A stretch of 63,884 nt of DNA, filler included, from Hyphochytrium catenoides (Eukaryota; Protista; Hyphochytriomycota), in assembly GCA_900088475.1 (NCBI GenBank). It is 9 parts of 9 records of this genome, joined end to end, with 100 filler letters (N's around TTAATTAATTAA, not from the genome) between each part and the next. Parts side by side here need not be neighbours in the genome. Positions count along the whole stretch, not along the records: positions 50,679 to 55,434 come from FLMG01001586.1; positions 55,535 to 57,273 come from FLMG01003713.1; positions 57,374 to 58,654 come from FLMG01000164.1; positions 58,755 to 60,187 come from FLMG01000470.1; positions 60,288 to 63,884 come from FLMG01001801.1; 4 more parts are not named here. One strand, written 5' to 3'. Of this stretch, positions 50,947 through 62,617 are shown piece after piece; the stretch's first letter is position 1; each line of letters begins with the position of its first letter. A program made the position numbers and the translations under genes. Below the pieces are notes generated by a model, which saw only the letters and a program-made list of their open reading frames with translations, had not been told where the DNA came from and ran no database searches.

Positions 50947-53900
50947 CTACTTTGGCAAAGCAATGTCCTCACCTTCATCTTGTTGTAGGGCATCCGTCGC
51001 TTCTGCCCTTCCCCTTCTTCTTCCCGTCTCTACCGGCGGCCTTGCTGTTCCCATTGAGGAACCTGCTGGCCGCCTCCGCCGCCGCCTTTTGAAGGCAGGG
51101 GGCCGCTGTGGTGAACGGGCAATGAAAAGAATATTCTTTGCCGCATTCACATCACGTGACAGCAGATGTCTGCCGGAGGCCTTGCACGCGGTGGACCGAC
51201 ACCGGCGAAGTCCTCGGACTGACTGCCAAGCAGTGACCATCGTCTATGAGCAAATGTGGGAAGGACGGCAGAGGTTAGAATAGTGTCTGTGCATTTTATC
51301 GTTTACACTGCTCACCTCCCCTTCGACGCCTCTGTCAATCCTTGGCTGGATTCCTCCTCTCTGCTGTCGCATCGTGCCCGCGACCCCTTGAGACCTCATC
51401 CTCNNNNNNNNNNNNNNNNNNNNNNNNNNNNNNNNNNNNNNNNNNNNNNNNNATCGAAGCACAGAGAAGCCAAGAACCTATCCACTGTGCGCCGCTTGTT
51501 GATGTAAACATCGAACTTTGCTCTGGCCACACGGCGCTTCCGGACGTGAGACGTTATCGCTTCCCACTTCACGCGAACGACCCGGAGATAATCCACAAAC
51601 TCCTGAAGGGTAGCGGCTGCATGGTTGAACAGCATGAGGATTTGGGTATAGAATCTTATTGTAGAAGCCAAACGTCCACACCAAGATGACAAAGAGACAA
51701 GACAAAATGGAGATCTCAAGGTGGTACTAGGGGCCTTTCAAACTTAGATAGATCAGAGGTTCCACATGTTTTTGTTGATGATAAAGATTAGCGACGAGTA
51801 CAAGATGAATGGGGGAATAATCAAGTGAAGAAGAGGTACCAAAGCTTAAAGATAAAGAAGAAAAGCTAGCTGAAGATGCTCCACCTTTGGCCCTGCGCTG
51901 AGAGAGCGCTTGGATGGCCGAAAGATATTCCTCCGAAGAGGCATCCCATTCAGCCATCTTCTCCCTGCTCAAATTGCGGTGACTTTCCTGCAGGTATTGT
52001 CCTCGGGACAAATTGTACACATGCCCCTCGTCATCAATTCCACAGAACATGTTTGTCCTCCCCGGATCGACACCAATTACCCGAGGATGTTCAACTGGAT
52101 AGCGGAGGAGAAAAGGGGAAAGTTTAGGATCATTTAGAAAGTAAAAAGGACCGTCATCAAGTTGCCCCGATGACAAACGACTTACCAGGGGATAGATGTT
52201 TATGCGGGGTCCGCTGTCCCCATTGGCGCTGTCCTCTCGCAGTCGCTGGAGTTGTGGCTCTACGGCCTGTCACAACGTAGTGGAAGCTACCTGTGACGCC
52301 ATCCGTCTCAAGGAGTTCTTGAGGTGGAATTTCAAAGAAGAGGAGAAGAAGTCAACCGGTGGCTGAGGTCAAGGATCACCTCCTCAGGTTTCGATAAATA
52401 ATAGAATAAGATGTTACCTCCAAAAACCCTCGGACCGACCTCACCCAGCCGATCTTGCTTCAGATCAAAAACTATCTTCCACATGTAGTGGCCATCTGCA
52501 ATATTTCCACCATGGTTGCAATAGGCTCTCACTGCATCTTCCCAGTTCCTGTTGAAACCAGCAGGATCGGCTCTACTGCAGGATTGTATAATTCCGCTGG
52601 GTTTAAGGCAGGCGGGAAAGGCGAAGGGAGAAGGGCGGCGAGCAGGAGAGAGAACACAGCAAATGCCGCGCAAAAGTTAGCTAGGTAGGTTAATGACTGA
52701 GCAGACATTCCAACTGGCTGTCGAAAGGGAACTACCGCGATCAAAGAGGTAACCACCTGTTCCGTACCTCAGGACTCTACTGTCCACAAACACGTTATGC
52801 CTCCCAAAGGAGGGCAGAGGCGCTATGGAGAAGCGCTTCGCGAGACTCCGACCATTGGCTGTTCTAGTCGGAGTACGCAAGTTGCCCTCTTCATTTCCTC
52901 CACCCCGCTGCCGGCGATTCCGCTCCCTCCTATTTGCTCTCTTCCTGTATCGCCGCCTCCGCCTCCTAACAACATAATAAATGCAAACGTTAGTGTACCA
53001 GAGGGCATCAACTACTTGGTATGGAAAGACAAAGACAGAAGACGGTGTACAAAGAAGAATGCCAGCGATCTCAATCAAGAGGGAATGGTTAACCCACCTT
53101 TCTCTCAGTTCTTGCGCGGTGCGTTGAGGATGANNNNNNNNNNNNNNNNNNNNNNNNNNNNNNNNNNNNNNNNNNNNNNNNNNNNNNNNNNNNNNCCTTT
53201 CCCTTTTCCTGCGTCTTCCCCTTTGATCGCGAGGTCGACGTTCTCTGGGTCGAGGAGGAAGAAGGTGGCCTTGCGGACCTCCCTGCTGCTGCACCAACCC
53301 GTCTAGATACTGGGAGATTACAACTTGATATCTCCATAGCACATGTACAAAGTGATTGGGATGCTTCCTGATTAATTTCTTTGTAATCGGCTCCACCTGT
53401 GAAGTACACTAAACGTGGGGTCTCAGCATAGAGGTGGACATAAAGCATACTTGAGGAAGCGCTATTGAAGATGGTAACAGCAGACGAGTCTTCAATCCCT
53501 TGGTCCAAGCTGATTTTCAAGAAGGAGCACACATGAAAGGCGAAGCTAGACGAGAACAAGGCTTTCAGGATCAGAGACAGAAAAAAACAGAGTTGACGGA
53601 AGAGAAATGAAGATAGAGATAAGTGCCTCATCAAAGAGATCTTACCCTCTCCCTATCATTCGTGTAAGCACAGAGTCTGGCCCTCTCCTGTCTGATGTAC
53701 ACTTGCACATCATCTGGGAAGACATCTAGAGGTTGAGTATCCTCCTCCTCTACGCCCTCGTCCTCGTTCTGCCAAGTTGCCGCAGCAGAGGAGTTGGTAG
53801 GACAGAACAACAGTCAGTTTCATCTACCAGCCCCAAATCTACTGTTGAGTAGATACCTCCTCCGCGTCAGCGTCTTCTGCCACTTTGTCGGGCCAGTTAT

Positions 53901-55226
53901 TCATTTGCTTTCTGATCGCCAGAAGTGTCCGCTTACTCAGTCCATGATGCCGAAGGGACACGCGCAGGTAGTCCAGCTGACGCTGGAAAAAAGGCTCCTA
54001 GTGGTTCGTGGTCGTAATACGTAGATCAAAAGCATTAGAAACCTTTCGAACATAAACTGTTTCACCAAGTTTGACAGAGAAGGGGGATCATCAACAGCCA
54101 AGATCCCACATCAATAGTGGGCCACCCATTATAGGCAAAGCACAGGAGGATGCCATTTCTTATTATGAGACTGAGTGCCAAAGTCGATGAAGAATGAAAT
54201 CGTAGGGTCATCCTCCACGTTCAGCTAAAAATAAAGGTAGGGGTACCAACGTCACAATGAACAGTAATAGCAGACATACCGCTAGATGGTTCATGAAGTT
54301 GGTTTGGAGCTGTAACCCAACTTGGGTGATAGAGTTGGCGTCCCCAAGCCTTCTTTCAAATTTCTGGAGAAGGCGGTGGGAAAACCCCCCGCGGCCCGCA
54401 CGAAGGGCATTCTTAAGGAGGTTTGCAGGAATGGGCGGGCAATATTAGACTATTATATGAGAGTAGCTGAAAGACACGGTAAATGGTAGAGACTGAGCGA
54501 TGCTGCAAATCAGTACTTTCCGGTAAAACGCTAAAGACAAGAGTACACTTACCACGAATGTTGTGAGCTCCGCACTGAGCTCCATTCGCCTACGCCTACC
54601 CCTCCCAGCCGGATCTTCAGCCTCCTCACCGCAAATAAGGACCAGATGTATGAAAGTGTTGGCCTTCGAAAGATTGGCCAGCGGGTTCCCATTTTGGAGG
54701 GCCCAGAGCAAATAGAGGTTTAACGCTTCCCCCCCTGCTCTATAGGCGTTGGAGACCGCGGTAACGCGAGCCTCCAGCTCGTTTTTGAAGCCCGTCCGCA
54801 GGACATTCCGATCAGGCTCCGGCAGAGCCCAAACTGTTTTGCCTGGNNNNNNNNNNNNNNNNNNNNNNNNNNNNNNNNNNNNNNNNNNNNNNNNTAGCTT
54901 GTCCCTCTGTTCTTCCATACTTTTGTCATATAATCTCTCCTCCACGGTTATTACATACCAGACAGATCGCCATCTAATCCAGCTGTAGTGGCTGGCTGTC
55001 GCGCATTGAGTGTGTCGATGTGTTCTTGAAATCGCTGTCGACTTCCTGACCGTCTATGTTGTCTCCTCTGCGATGCCTCCTCCACTCCACGCGCGTCTAA
55101 AATCAATGGATGATAAGATACGGTTTCTTGGCACATCCACTACGATACTATCAAGAACTAGTAACACCGAAAGCAGCAGAGAAGCGATAGAAAGAGCACG
55201 ATGACATCACCAGCTGAGGACGTCAT
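50947..55226 (-). CDS. Fanzor: Fanzor1-type RNA-guided endonuclease (eukaryotic TnpB descendant), intron-rich, with three internal N gaps
   Basis: Spliced exons 55226-55211, 55096-54959, (gap)54846-54553, 54363-54280, 53997-53857, 53768-53646, 53396-(gap)-53098, 52965-52768, 52596-52418, 52317-52186, 52094-51885, 51616-(gap)-51316, 51243-50947. Motifs in Fanzor1 order: VTAVSNAY..GGEALNLYLL, GDANSI...TNFMNHL-EPFFQRQ, RFSIAP.....NVFVD, W..VFDL, FGELLETDG, RuvC-I VIGVDPGR, bridge-helix-like KFDVYINKRRTVDRF, VRGLRRCRSTAC (Zn ligands), RuvC-III SRDVNAAKNI. Confidence 0.9.
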
Positions 55227-57531
55227 AGCAATGATTCTTCAATCATGCGTGAGTGAGGCCCCATAGCATCATTGATTCTTCTGCCCCAGCTCTTCGCTGA
55301 TCGGGAGCCAAACTTTGATTTGTTACTTGTCTTTTTCGGGAAAATTGTAAAATGATCTGTATGGTGCCCAGGGTTCTCCCTCCGGTTCTTGGGTTCGTGT
55401 CCAATCTGTCGCTCCCGAGACTCTTAAATCCCGCNNNNNNNNNNNNNNNNNNNNNNNNNNNNNNNNNNNNNNNNNNNNTTAATTAATTAANNNNNNNNNN
55501 NNNNNNNNNNNNNNNNNNNNNNNNNNNNNNNNNNTCCACTGAAGGACTCCCAAACTAGCGGCACAAACTGCAGCCCCAATAGCTGGCATGGATTGCTGCA
55601 TCGGAAAGGGTTCTAGATTGCATTGAATCCGTAACGGACACATCAAAGGTCGTGTACTTGTACCGATAAGAAATAAAGGAAGCTGTGAAATAACAAAGCT
55701 TCTGGCTTCTGATCAGAGCCCAGAAGAAGGTGGCGAGGTTCACGGAAGACTTGAGCCCAGAGTCCCGAAAAACTGGAAGAGAACGTCTTGTACGCGGCGG
55801 TGACGCTGAAGGCATTTATGGAACCCAAACAAGGCTGGCACGAAACAGGAGTGCAAAGCAGAGGGAAACCTAACAACCATCACAACGTTAAACCAAAGGA
55901 GAAGAAGTAAGCTTCAATTGCAGCCAGGGTCTAGAACCAGTCCGAAGAAAAGCCCCTGCGTCGTACGAGAGAGAAGTAGCGCGTAAGCGAGCCTCGGAAC
56001 GCAAGTCCAGGGTCAACAGAAGACAAAAGGACCTGGGCAGCCGTCGCCGTCCAAATAAACAATCGAGACGGCAGGTGGTACCGTTGCAGCAGCTGATGCA
56101 ACTCTTCTAACGACAAGACGAGGTAAGGGCAGGCTCTCAATCCGTCCGCTTCGTGAACATCATTGGCATGCCGGAAGGCGTCGAGCAACTGGTCGGCCAA
56201 CTTAGGAGAGTATGGCTCGACATCCGGCAAACGCGAGTTGACGCCATCAACATGGCCGAGGAACCAACAACAGAATAAGATACGCAAGAATCGTGAGGGA
56301 GGAGGCAGACGCTAGACCAAGGCCACCCACCAGGTCCGAAAGGGTTAGGAAGTGGCTTGCCGCCAACCCAGGTCCAAGACGGAAGCAGATCCAAGAGTCG
56401 AGCGAGAAATCCGCGTACTCCGAGGTCAAACTGAGAGCAAAGAGAGGCCACCTGAGAGGGAGGACAGCCGCGTAACTGGATCTTGGCAAAGCCTAGACAC
56501 TCGCGAAAGAGACAAATTTGTGTCTGAGAGGAGACAAAAGGAGCATTGCATCAAGTTCACTTAGATGAGAGAGGACAGAAGAAGCAAAAGAAGCGACGAA
56601 GAAGGCAGAATTAATGGGTGCGTCTTATGTAAGAGTTCCACACCCTTCACCACTGGTTGAGAAATTGCCGCAGAGAAAGATGGAAGTCACTCAAGGTTCA
56701 TACGGGGGTTCCAAAGCTCGCACATGTCCAGGATGAGCCTAAGCCCATTCTGTGGGCTGCGGTCTTCTTGAAGGAGGGCAACCAGGGGCCGTCGGTAGCG
56801 ACAACCTCTCCAGTGCCATCATTAAGGTACCACACGTGGAGGTCAAGAAAGGTACGGACGCAGCAATGTCGGTGGCAATAGGATGAGAGAGCTAACGCGA
56901 GAGCACCGGACAGAAGGGTCATCTTTCTGGACTCCGTAAAAAGCAGCGACGAGGAGAGCAGAGCCATAGAAAAATGGGATGGGGTGGATTAACAAAAAGA
57001 GGCCCGAGGAAGAAGAGTAGGAGAGAGTGATCACGGGCGCCATCCAAAATAGCAAAGAGCTGATCGGTGGACAGTTGAAAGGAATCTTGCACTCAACCTT
57101 CAGCAAGGGCTGATCCTTGTCGTCACTCAAGTCATCAACGACAGGCAGTAGAAATTCACCTTCTCCACCAACAGGGAACGCTGTGCCCCGCCTGAAGCGC
57201 GGTGAGAAGAGAGACAGAGCCTGGGACTTCACTATGTCACAGGAGCACTTGGACACTAATCGACAAAGAATTTNNNNNNNNNNNNNNNNNNNNNNNNNNN
57301 NNNNNNNNNNNNNNNNNTTAATTAATTAANNNNNNNNNNNNNNNNNNNNNNNNNNNNNNNNNNNNNNNNNNNNTTCACCATCATATCTCCTTCTCCTGAC
57401 CATTGTCGGGTTAATCTCTTTGAGTTTGCTTCTTCTTCAGCTCTTCATACACTGATGGTGAAGATGCTGCTAACTCACCTTGGCAGTCCTTCTGATACAT
57501 TCTCTTTTTGTCGCCCTTGATACCCTTTCCA

Positions 57532-58250
57532 GGCTCACAGTCCATACAAGAGGCAGAGACTCTGCTGCTTCGCACACTTTCTCTAGCAGACCTGACTTTG
57601 GGTCCTCAGCATGCGGACCGCTTTATTTATGTAAGGAATCTGGCTGCCTTCTACGAGAAGATGAACAGATTGCAAGAAGCCGCACTCTGGACCGAGAGAG
57701 CGATTGAAGGACGGACGGTAGGGACCCAGAATGGGAGTGGACCTAGAACAGGTTGCGATGCAAAGACAGTCCATCATCTGGGGAGACTGTACCAGAAGCT
57801 AGGGAAGCTTACTGAGGCGGAAAAGTACCTGAGACTGGCCGTCGAGGTTGTCAAAACTCAGCTCTATCCTTTACTATAATTGCTGTCCGTTCAGTGCCTT
57901 TTAGTTGATAGGTCCGTGGGTGTGGCGCCCTTGTATGATACATCCTTTTGTTTCTGTCGCCCCTCCATCAACCGATGACCCTTGAAAGACAAGTCCCTGC
58001 GTGCTTGGTAGCTCTAACATATACGTGGCTTGCAGGAACGCAGCCGGTCTCTAGGGGAGAGCCACCCGGACACCGTGACGACACAGCTAAATCTAGCGCA
58101 GGTGCTAGAGGGCCAGGATAAGAGTGACGAGGCAATAACGCTCTATCAGCTTGTTCTCTCGGAAAGAGAAGGCACCCTTGGGCCTGAACATCCGAAGACG
58201 CTTAACAGCTTAGAAGCGCTAGGACTTGCCTTCTTCAGGGCAAAAAAGTT
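57532..58250 (+). CDS. TPR-repeat protein fragment (kinesin-light-chain/nephrocystin-3-like repeats)
   Basis: Repeats LGPQHAD...NLAAFY, HHLGRLYQKLGKLTEAEKYLRLA, LGESHPDTVTTQLNLAQVL, LGPEHPKTLNSLEALG in two exons. The contig is short and the gene is incomplete. Confidence 0.8.
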
Positions 58251-59189
58251 AGTGCGAATGACCTCTCCTCTAGTCTCTCTTGTTACCCACTATAAAAATC
58301 TATACTTCTTCAGGGCGTGCCAGCAAAGCATAGATGTTACTGCGCCTCTTCCGTCTCTCCGCAGTCGCCCTCTTTCTACTCCTACGTGGCCTCCTCCGTT
58401 CCGCAAGTGTGTCTCCTTATTCTTTCTCTGCTCCATCACCATTGCGTAAGCATAGGACGGTTCTTCGCTCGGACGTGTTTTTCATAACTGCGGTATCCTC
58501 GTCTTTGCTCCTCCTTTCATTTGAAGGCTGCATTGTCTTCGTCGAGGTTCATTACATGCGTTCAACATCAAGTCTCTCGTAGAGTCAACCCCACTTGCTA
58601 ATGCCTCCATTTGCGCCCTCAGCTACTCGCAGGCGGACAAGCACCTAGAACGTCNNNNNNNNNNNNNNNNNNNNNNNNNNNNNNNNNNNNNNNNNNNNTT
58701 AATTAATTAANNNNNNNNNNNNNNNNNNNNNNNNNNNNNNNNNNNNNNNNNNNNGAGAGAGAGAGAGAGAGAGAAAGAGAGAGAAAGAGACAGAGAGAGA
58801 GACAGAGAGACAGAGAGAGAGACAGAGAGAGAATGACAGAGAGAGAGACAGAGAGACAGAGAGAGAGACAGAGAGAGAGACAGAGAGAGAGAGGAAAGGG
58901 AAAAGAGAGATAAGAGTAAGATCTAAGGAGTGGAGGGTTACTAGGTTCTCCTTAGAGAAAGGATGCCGGTTGAGTGGAGACTGGACATAGGAAGAAAGAG
59001 AGAAGGGGCCCGATGGAGCGAGTGATAGGGAACCCTGGACAGTCTGAGCATCGGGAACAACGGTAAAAAGAGAGAGAAAGCGCGAGGTGTGTGTGGAAGG
59101 AATGGGCAAAACAGAGTTATTTAGGGCAATAGGCGGAGAAACTAGCAAGAGGGACTGCCTCTTGCGAAGAAAAGAGAAAGCTAAGCAAC

Positions 59190-59640
59190 CTGATTGGCAC
59201 TCAAGGTGACAATGAAAGTGCCGTCGACAGAGATATCCATCGTCTGCACACCGTGCTCATGGGGCCGGAAGATGGTAGAGATTGGATTTCCAGTGAGTCC
59301 ATCCCATACAACGATTAGGGACTCAGGACCAGAATCCGCCGTCACAATGAACCTTTTGTCACGACTAACGGTAAGACAAGAGATCGGATTACAATGGCCC
59401 TGCAGCAGCTTCTGCGTGCGGTGCTGGTAGTCGTAGATAATTGCTGTGTTCGAGGAGACGTAGACTATGGCGTTGCGCTGACAGAGAGATGTCAGAGTCA
59501 ACCTACTCAGCGGATGCACAGAGAATAAAGACATCTTTTACCTCTTCAGTGCATAAACTGTGAACTGCGCCAATGAGATTTTTGCTAAAGCCGAACCGCC
59601 AGCTCAGCGTAAGGGCTTTCTTTGGCTTCCCAACTGGCAT
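59190..59640 (-). CDS. CFAP251: Cilia- and flagella-associated WD40 protein CFAP251/WDR66, first two exons (3' truncated)
   Basis: Exons 59640-59542 and 59477-59190 give ALTLSWRFGFS...AIVYVSSNTAIIYD...LQGHCNPISCLTVSRDKRFIVTADSGPESLIVVWD..TGNPISTIF, matching the WDR66 N-terminal WD region as I recall it. Confidence 0.8.
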
Positions 59641-60839
59641 CCTTGCTACAGTGCGACTTAGCCGCCTGAGCAAGCGGCTTCTCCTCTAACGTGACCCACC
59701 CTCTAGTTAGAGTAGCTCTTCTCCGAAGGTCAACCTCTAACAAAGGCAGCTCTATTCAAAGACGTCAACCTCTAAAGGAGCCAGGTTTACTGCCAAGAGC
59801 GCTAGTGCTCAGAAGAGAGCCGCAGACCGCGTGAAGAGCTTCAGACAAAGATCATTGCGTCTCTTTTTGTAGGACCTCCAAACTCAACATTGGCGGCTCA
59901 ATATTGAGGGCGTTACAGCGGGCAGCTTGTGATAATCAATCAAATGATTCCTTAATATGATCCTCATATCAATTTTGTGATAAATCAGTCATTCCACATG
60001 CGCCATCTACCAATCCAACCGACATAAAGCCGATAAAGGCTCCAAAAGCCGCAGAGGTTTCCCAATGATCTTCATTAGCGTCTCCGAGTCTTCACCGCAG
60101 CAGAAGCCCCAGCTCACCGCTTCTTGGTAGTTGAGATCTTATAGAGACTTGATAAGGTCTACTCGTGAGTAGGCTAGTTGGTTTACTNNNNNNNNNNNNN
60201 NNNNNNNNNNNNNNNNNNNNNNNNNNNNNNNTTAATTAATTAANNNNNNNNNNNNNNNNNNNNNNNNNNNNNNNNNNNNNNNNNNNNGCTTGCCAGCTTG
60301 TAGGCCACATAGCTGTGCCCTCAGACTCCAACAGTTCCTTCGCAAAACTCTCGGTGGAAGCGCAAGAGAGACGAAGAAGAGGAGGATGAGAACCAAGAGG
60401 AGGAGGTTGGGGCAGAAATAGACATTGAAAGCGCTGAAAGCGACTTAGCAGCTGGGTCTGATGAACAAGAAGAAAGGAGGGGAGGTGAACACATGCGAGA
60501 GGTTGAAAGAGACAATCATAGCACGAGGGCGAGCACACTTGCTGCTTCTGCCGATTCTTCTTCTTCTTCTTCTTCTTCATCGATAGATCTGAACGGAGGT
60601 GGTGACGAAGAAAGAGACGCCCACAATTCACAGCAACAGACGAGGAGACCAGCCGAAGCAGAAGAAAGAGGAGGACTGTCAGTGCCTCGTCCACGAAAAA
60701 AGCAGCGCCGGCAATCTCATCACGGGCTAAGCTTGCCAGAGGTAAGGAAGTCACAGCGCCTACAGCAGCAAAAAAGGAGAATGAGCAACAAGAAGAAGGG
60801 GAGAAGATCCTTGCAGAGGTCAGTGTAGAAGAGACATGT

Positions 60840-60913
60840 TGCAGGAAGAATGAAGGTAGTAGTGCTGCTATTTTAATGCAGGAAGAATGAAGGTAGTAGT
60901 GCTGCTATTTTAA
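60840..60913. repeat. Perfect 37-bp direct tandem duplication
   Basis: tgcaggaagaatgaaggtagtagtgctgctattttaa occurs at 60840-60876 and 60877-60913. Confidence 0.93.
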
Positions 60914-62617
60914 TTCTGACAGGTGAAAAGCTCTACAAAAGTGTAACGGATCACTTAGTCTATACATTTATACAATAACTTCTTTGCCCTAGAGAGTAGA
61001 AGATTCTAGGGACAATTGCTGGAACCCCTTCAAAAATAGGGTCTTCTGTCAGCCCTTACATCTCAGCTCACAGACCGTGATAGCTAAAATCCTCATGAGG
61101 TGTGCTAGATTTCACTCTCTTCTCCAACTCTTCCATTAGAAAGTTTTGTCGTATCTCTAATACCATTGGCGATATTCCCGATATCATTTTGATCCTAGTA
61201 ATTGTCCTTAGAACTAGCTGTTGCTCGGGATAAATGTAAGTGCTTACGTAAATAGGAACATGAAAGGGGGGTGAAAAGAAGCCAAAAGGACTTTGAAAAC
61301 AAATGCAAACGTCGTTAATTCTGTGATTGGTCAGTTTTTCTAATCACCAATAATCAATTCGTCGAAAGCATATTGTTCGTCTTGGGTTCATTAGTTCATT
61401 CTCAAAAACATGCCAAAGGGTGTATATGTTGCACGAAAGGGGGCAGGTTTCGGTACTGTATAGTCCAATCGTACTGTAGTTCTTTTTGACGCTGTACTCT
61501 GTAGTCGTTGTTCCGCTCTTCCCTATTCCCCATACTATACTGAGGAACCAAATCCACTCCAACTCCTCCCTGTCGTGGTTGTATTTATATAGCTGTTATT
61601 AGACCTACCGGCTATTGTTATAAAACATATATACCCGGTTACTATTCCAAATAAAAACAAATATACTCGGTTATCAATAGCTTTAGGCTGCGCCTAGGCC
61701 TCGCCCGACGTTACTAGTGCGTAATCCAGCCTTCGGCTGTATTATTAGTGGAAGATGCTTGGATCACTGATTTAGTTGTACCTGTAACACCAGGAGCTCT
61801 TCATTCCTTCTACAACATGTACTCGTAGAACTCCCTAGAACTAGTTCTATCAGTATTTTCTGGGTAAGGCACACTAAAGGATCTCTCTACTCGTTCACCC
61901 ACGCTTCCTACAGCGGCGTAGTAGTGAGGGAGTGAAGTGCGAAACTTTCTCAACTCTCGACTGCTGCAGGAGTCGCGTGACTTGTCTCCTCCACCCTCAG
62001 CTCCTACAGCTAAAAATACACGATTGTAGGTGATGCGTCTCAGGTAATATGAGGTTACAACACATTCGCGTAGACGCACGCGATGTGTCTCGGTTATGGT
62101 GATTCGTCTCGCGTTACAAATTCGATTTATGTTCATAGAAACCCTTTCGCTTCTGCTCTGACCCCTTCAAAAGGTTTATATCTCCAAAGTACACAAACAA
62201 AAGATTCAAACCCAAAGAAAAGCCCAAACAGTGATTAGTGAAAATCCAAATAGTGAAATTTTGATCACAAACACACACACAGACACACAGACAACACGAA
62301 AAAGTCCATTTGTGCTGAAGCCCCTGTGGGTTGAAATTGAGGCTCGCCCTTCGCCCTGGCAATATTCATCAAATCTCAATGTGCTGCGAATAATAGTCTC
62401 TAAAAAGAGGCTCCACTCTAATAAATAAGGGAGTACTATAGTCTAAATCCTGGTTGAGCAAGTAAGTACGGTGTACTCGTACAAAGAATCCTGTCGGTCA
62501 AGGCTGGATTACCCCTATCTAAAAGGGCGAGCCCTCAGGCTTGCCTGCTGTATTGATATATACCAGGGTTTTCCCTCTGCGTCGTCCGCTGTACACTTTT
62601 TGGTTTCAGCGTCGATT

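Noticed and set aside
52300-52345. Apparent frameshift in the Fanzor just before the TDG motif (KFHLKNSL/ETDG)
   Set aside because: Resolved by a 100-nt GT-AG intron (52417-52318) that gives RVFG-ELLETDG in frame.
60840-60913. 37-bp direct repeats as a CRISPR array
   Set aside because: Only two abutting copies with no spacer, no cas genes and a eukaryotic context.
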